Shown piece after piece: positions 24,178 to 26,648 of a stretch of DNA of 26,648 nt. The stretch comes from Candidatus Methylomirabilota bacterium. GTDB taxonomy: Bacteria > Methylomirabilota > Methylomirabilia > Rokubacteriales > CSP1-6. Made by a program: the position numbers and the translations under genes. Where the stretch lies: contig JBKPAK010000234.1 of NCBI GenBank assembly GCA_046726415.1, positions 1 to 26,648 of the forward strand, written 5' to 3'. How positions within the stretch are numbered: the first letter of the stretch is position 1; the number at the start of each line of letters is the position of its first letter. Below the pieces are notes generated by a model. The model was not told where the DNA came from. It made no database searches and saw only the letters and a program-made list of their open reading frames with translations.

Positions 24178-26244
24178 TCAAGCGCTGTTTGGGATCAGGG
24201 CCAGCTGATTGAGCCATGCCGTGGCCTCGCTGTCGCTAGGGGCCCTATAGTCTCCGCGCGGAGACAGCGAGCCGCCGGAACCGACTTTGGGACTATTGGG
24301 GACACAGCTGCGCTTGTACTGACTCAGATGGAAGAAGCGTTCGAGAAAGATGCCGAGGAACGCCTTGATCTGGCCGATGTCGTACTGGCGGCGTCGATCG
24401 AGAGGCACGTCGGGCCAAACTCCCTGCCGTTCATCGTGCCACGCGCAGTAGGCCAAGAAAGCCACCTTGGGCGGCGGATAGCCGAATCTGAGGATGTAGT
24501 AGAGATTGAAATCCTGCAGCTCGTAGGGTCCGATCACTGATTCGGTGTCGGGAGCAGGCTCGGCACCGTTACCCGCCCGCGGAATCAGCTCGGGGCTGAT
24601 CTCGGTCGCGAGGATCTCGCGCAAGGTGTGACTCGCCTCATCGCCGAGCGCCCCGCGATCGGCCACCCAGCGGATCACGTGCTGCATGAGTGTCTTGGGC
24701 ACGCTGGCGTTCACGGCGTAGTGCGACATGTGGTCGCCGACGCCATAGGTGCACCAGCCCAGGGCCAGCTCGCTGAGATCACTGGTCCCGACCACCAGCG
24801 CCCGGCGATAGTTCGCGAGCCGGAAGAGGTGGCTCGTCCGCTCGCCGGCTTGCACGTTCTCGAAGGTGATGTCATACACCGGTGCGCCGTCGCCAGCGGG
24901 GTGACCGATGTCCCGGAGCATCCGTTCAGCGCTCGGCCGGATGTCCAATTCGTTGGCCTCGCATCCCACGGCCTTCATCAGCCGACGGGCCTGGTCGAGA
25001 GTGCGGCCGCTGGTGCCGAAACCGGGCATGGTATAGGCGAGGATGTGGCGGCGAGAGTGGCCGAGGAGATCCATGGCCTGCGCGCACACGAGGAGCGCGT
25101 GCGTGGAGTCGAGGCCGCCCGAGATGCCGATGACCACCCGCTCGATTCCGGTAAACTCCAATCGCTTGGCCAGCCCCTGCACCTGGATCTGGTAGACCTC
25201 GGCGCAGCGCTGGTCCCGCGTGGACGGATCGGCGGGGACGTACGGAAAGCGCTCGTAGCGGCGGGCCGGGAGCAAGCGGCCCCTGCGTGGCAACTCCACC
25301 GAGGCGCGGACCACGCGGACGCTGCGCAGCTCCCCGCGGTGTCGCTCGACCGTCTGACCGAAGGTTCCCTGCCGCCCGCGCTCCTGCGAGAGCCTTTCGA
25401 GGTCGATGTCGCCGACGATGAGCTGCGGCTCGCGGGCGAAGCGGCGCGACTCGGCGACCAGCGACCCGTTCTCGTAGATGAGGGCGTGGCCGTCCCAGGC
25501 GAGATCGGTGGTCGACTCGCCGGGCCCGGCCGCCGAATAGAGGTAGGCGGCCAGGCAGCGCGCCGACTGGCTGCTCACCAGTTGGTGGCGATACTCGGCC
25601 TTGGCCACGGTGACGTTGGAGGCTGAGAGATTCAGGAGCACCGTGGCACCGGCGAGGGCCGCGTACGACGACGGGGGAATCGGCACCCACAGGTCTTCGC
25701 AGATCTCGACGTGCAGTCGGAGCCGGGGCTCCTCCTCGATCTCGAACACGAGCCGAGCCCCGAAGGGCACGTGGCGCTGACCGCCCACGGAGATCTCTTC
25801 GCGCAGCGCGACGTCGCCCGAGCGGAACTGGCGCGCCTCGTAGAACTCCCGGTAATTTGGCAGGTACGTCTTGGGCACGACCCCGTGGATGCGTCCGCCA
25901 CCGACGAGCACGGCGCAGTTGTAAAGCTGATCGTCGATCACCAGCGGCATCCCTACCGCGGCGAGTACGGGCAATTCGGTCGAGGCGCAGACGAGCTGGC
26001 TCAGCGCCGCCTCGCAGCCCTCCAGGAGGGCGCGTTGCTGGAAGAGGTCCTCGCACGAGTACGCGGAGATCCCCAGTTCGGGGAAGAGGACGATCGCGGC
26101 CCGGCGCTCCACGGCCTGCCGCATCAGGGCGATGGTCTGACCGACGTTAAAGTCGGGATCGGCAACCCGCACGGGCGGGACGGCCACCGCGGCGCGAACG
26201 AAGCCGTGGTTGTAGAGATTGAAGAAGTCCTGGCCTTCCTTCAT
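24178..26244 (-). CDS. nadE: Glutamine-dependent NAD+ synthetase
   Basis: Nitrilase domain ([25 protein letters not shown]) plus synthetase domain ([45 protein letters not shown]). Confidence 0.97.
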   Translation of the reverse strand: MKEGQDFFNLYNHGFVRAAVAVPPVRVADPDFNVGQTIALMRQAVERRAAIVLFPELGISAYSCEDLFQQRALLEGCEAALSQLVCASTELPVLAAVGMPLVIDDQLYNCAVLVGGGRIHGVVPKTYLPNYREFYEARQFRSGDVALREEISVGGQRHVPFGARLVFEIEEEPRLRLHVEICEDLWVPIPPSSYAALAGATVLLNLSASNVTVAKAEYRHQLVSSQSARCLAAYLYSAAGPGESTTDLAWDGHALIYENGSLVAESRRFAREPQLIVGDIDLERLSQERGRQGTFGQTVERHRGELRSVRVVRASVELPRRGRLLPARRYERFPYVPADPSTRDQRCAEVYQIQVQGLAKRLEFTGIERVVIGISGGLDSTHALLVCAQAMDLLGHSRRHILAYTMPGFGTSGRTLDQARRLMKAVGCEANELDIRPSAERMLRDIGHPAGDGAPVYDITFENVQAGERTSHLFRLANYRRALVVGTSDLSELALGWCTYGVGDHMSHYAVNASVPKTLMQHVIRWVADRGALGDEASHTLREILATEISPELIPRAGNGAEPAPDTESVIGPYELQDFNLYYILRFGYPPPKVAFLAYCAWHDERQGVWPDVPLDRRRQYDIGQIKAFLGIFLERFFHLSQYKRSCVPNSPKVGSGGSLSPRGDYRAPSDSEATAWLNQLALIPNSA

Positions 26245-26282
26245 CGCTTGGGGGCTCTCGGGTAATTCACGGCGTCTCCATG

Positions 26283-26648
26283 CTACCCCTTGATGCTGCC
26301 GATGGGCCGCAGCGACGCGACCCGACGCGAAATGCCAAGCCGATCGACGACATTCACGACATCGCCAAGGTCCTTGTACGCAAAGCCGGCCTCCTCGGCC
26401 AGGCCCGACCGGGAGGCTGCGCGCACCACGATGCCCCGCGCCCGCATGTCCCGGACGAGGTCCTCGCCGCTGACCCGCTTTCTGGCCTGGGCGCGCGACA
26501 TGATGCGACCGGCGCCGTGCGCGGTCGACCCGAACGTCTCCTCCATGGCTCGGGCGGTCCCCACGAGGAGCGCCGAGCCGGTTTCCATGGAACCACCGAT
26601 GATGATCGGCTGCCCCAGGGGGCGATAGGCGTCCGGCAGATCAGGCGC
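26283..26648 (-). CDS. rtcB: RtcB RNA ligase, C-terminal part (5' end outside the window)
   Basis: [35 protein letters not shown]...VV, LRPIG.IKG. Confidence 0.93.
   Translation of the reverse strand, partial: APDLPDAYRPLGQPIIIGGSMETGSALLVGTARAMEETFGSTAHGAGRIMSRAQARKRVSGEDLVRDMRARGIVVRAASRSGLAEEAGFAYKDLGDVVNVVDRLGISRRVASLRPIGSIKG

Noticed and set aside
1-26648. Prophage, IS, integron, defence island or structural RNA genes
   Set aside because: No integrase, transposase, phage or recognisable defence genes, and no tRNA/rRNA-like sequence seen.

Overview
High-GC bacterial chromosomal window with about 24 genes; no rRNA, tRNA, CRISPR array or mobile element was found. Left part: the N-terminus of an ATP-dependent DNA ligase, a small membrane ORF, and lexA with a candidate autoregulatory palindrome. 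These are followed by a minus-strand run (sensor kinase, sigma54 NtrC-type regulator, glgA/glgM, HAD-IIA phosphatase, TatA/B-Ada Zn-finger fusion), a GT4 glycosyltransferase, DUF72 and a stand-alone LigD ligase module. The centre (~9.4-19.8 kb) is the most interesting part and looks like a self-contained regulatory cascade built from flagellar-type regulators, with no flagellar structural genes in the window. It contains a FliA/WhiG sigma28, a short FlgM-like ORF, a sigma54 activator that appears to start at CTG, and a REC-Fis regulator lacking AAA+. It also has a sigma54 promoter with twin enhancer-like boxes ahead of three unknown genes, and a 7TM-GAF kinase / SAM methyltransferase / STAS-GNAT operon that shares the motif CCTCCGG-N15-GCCGATYAC with the flgM-like gene. 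Right part: an RRM protein with a long disordered tail, an MBL-hydrolase/pseudo-receiver/cNMP fusion, a MurB paralogue that has lost catalytic residues, a sigma54-promoted repeat-rich segment (small ORF or sRNA), Gln-dependent nadE and the 3' end of rtcB. All calls come from motif recognition by eye; no searches were run.
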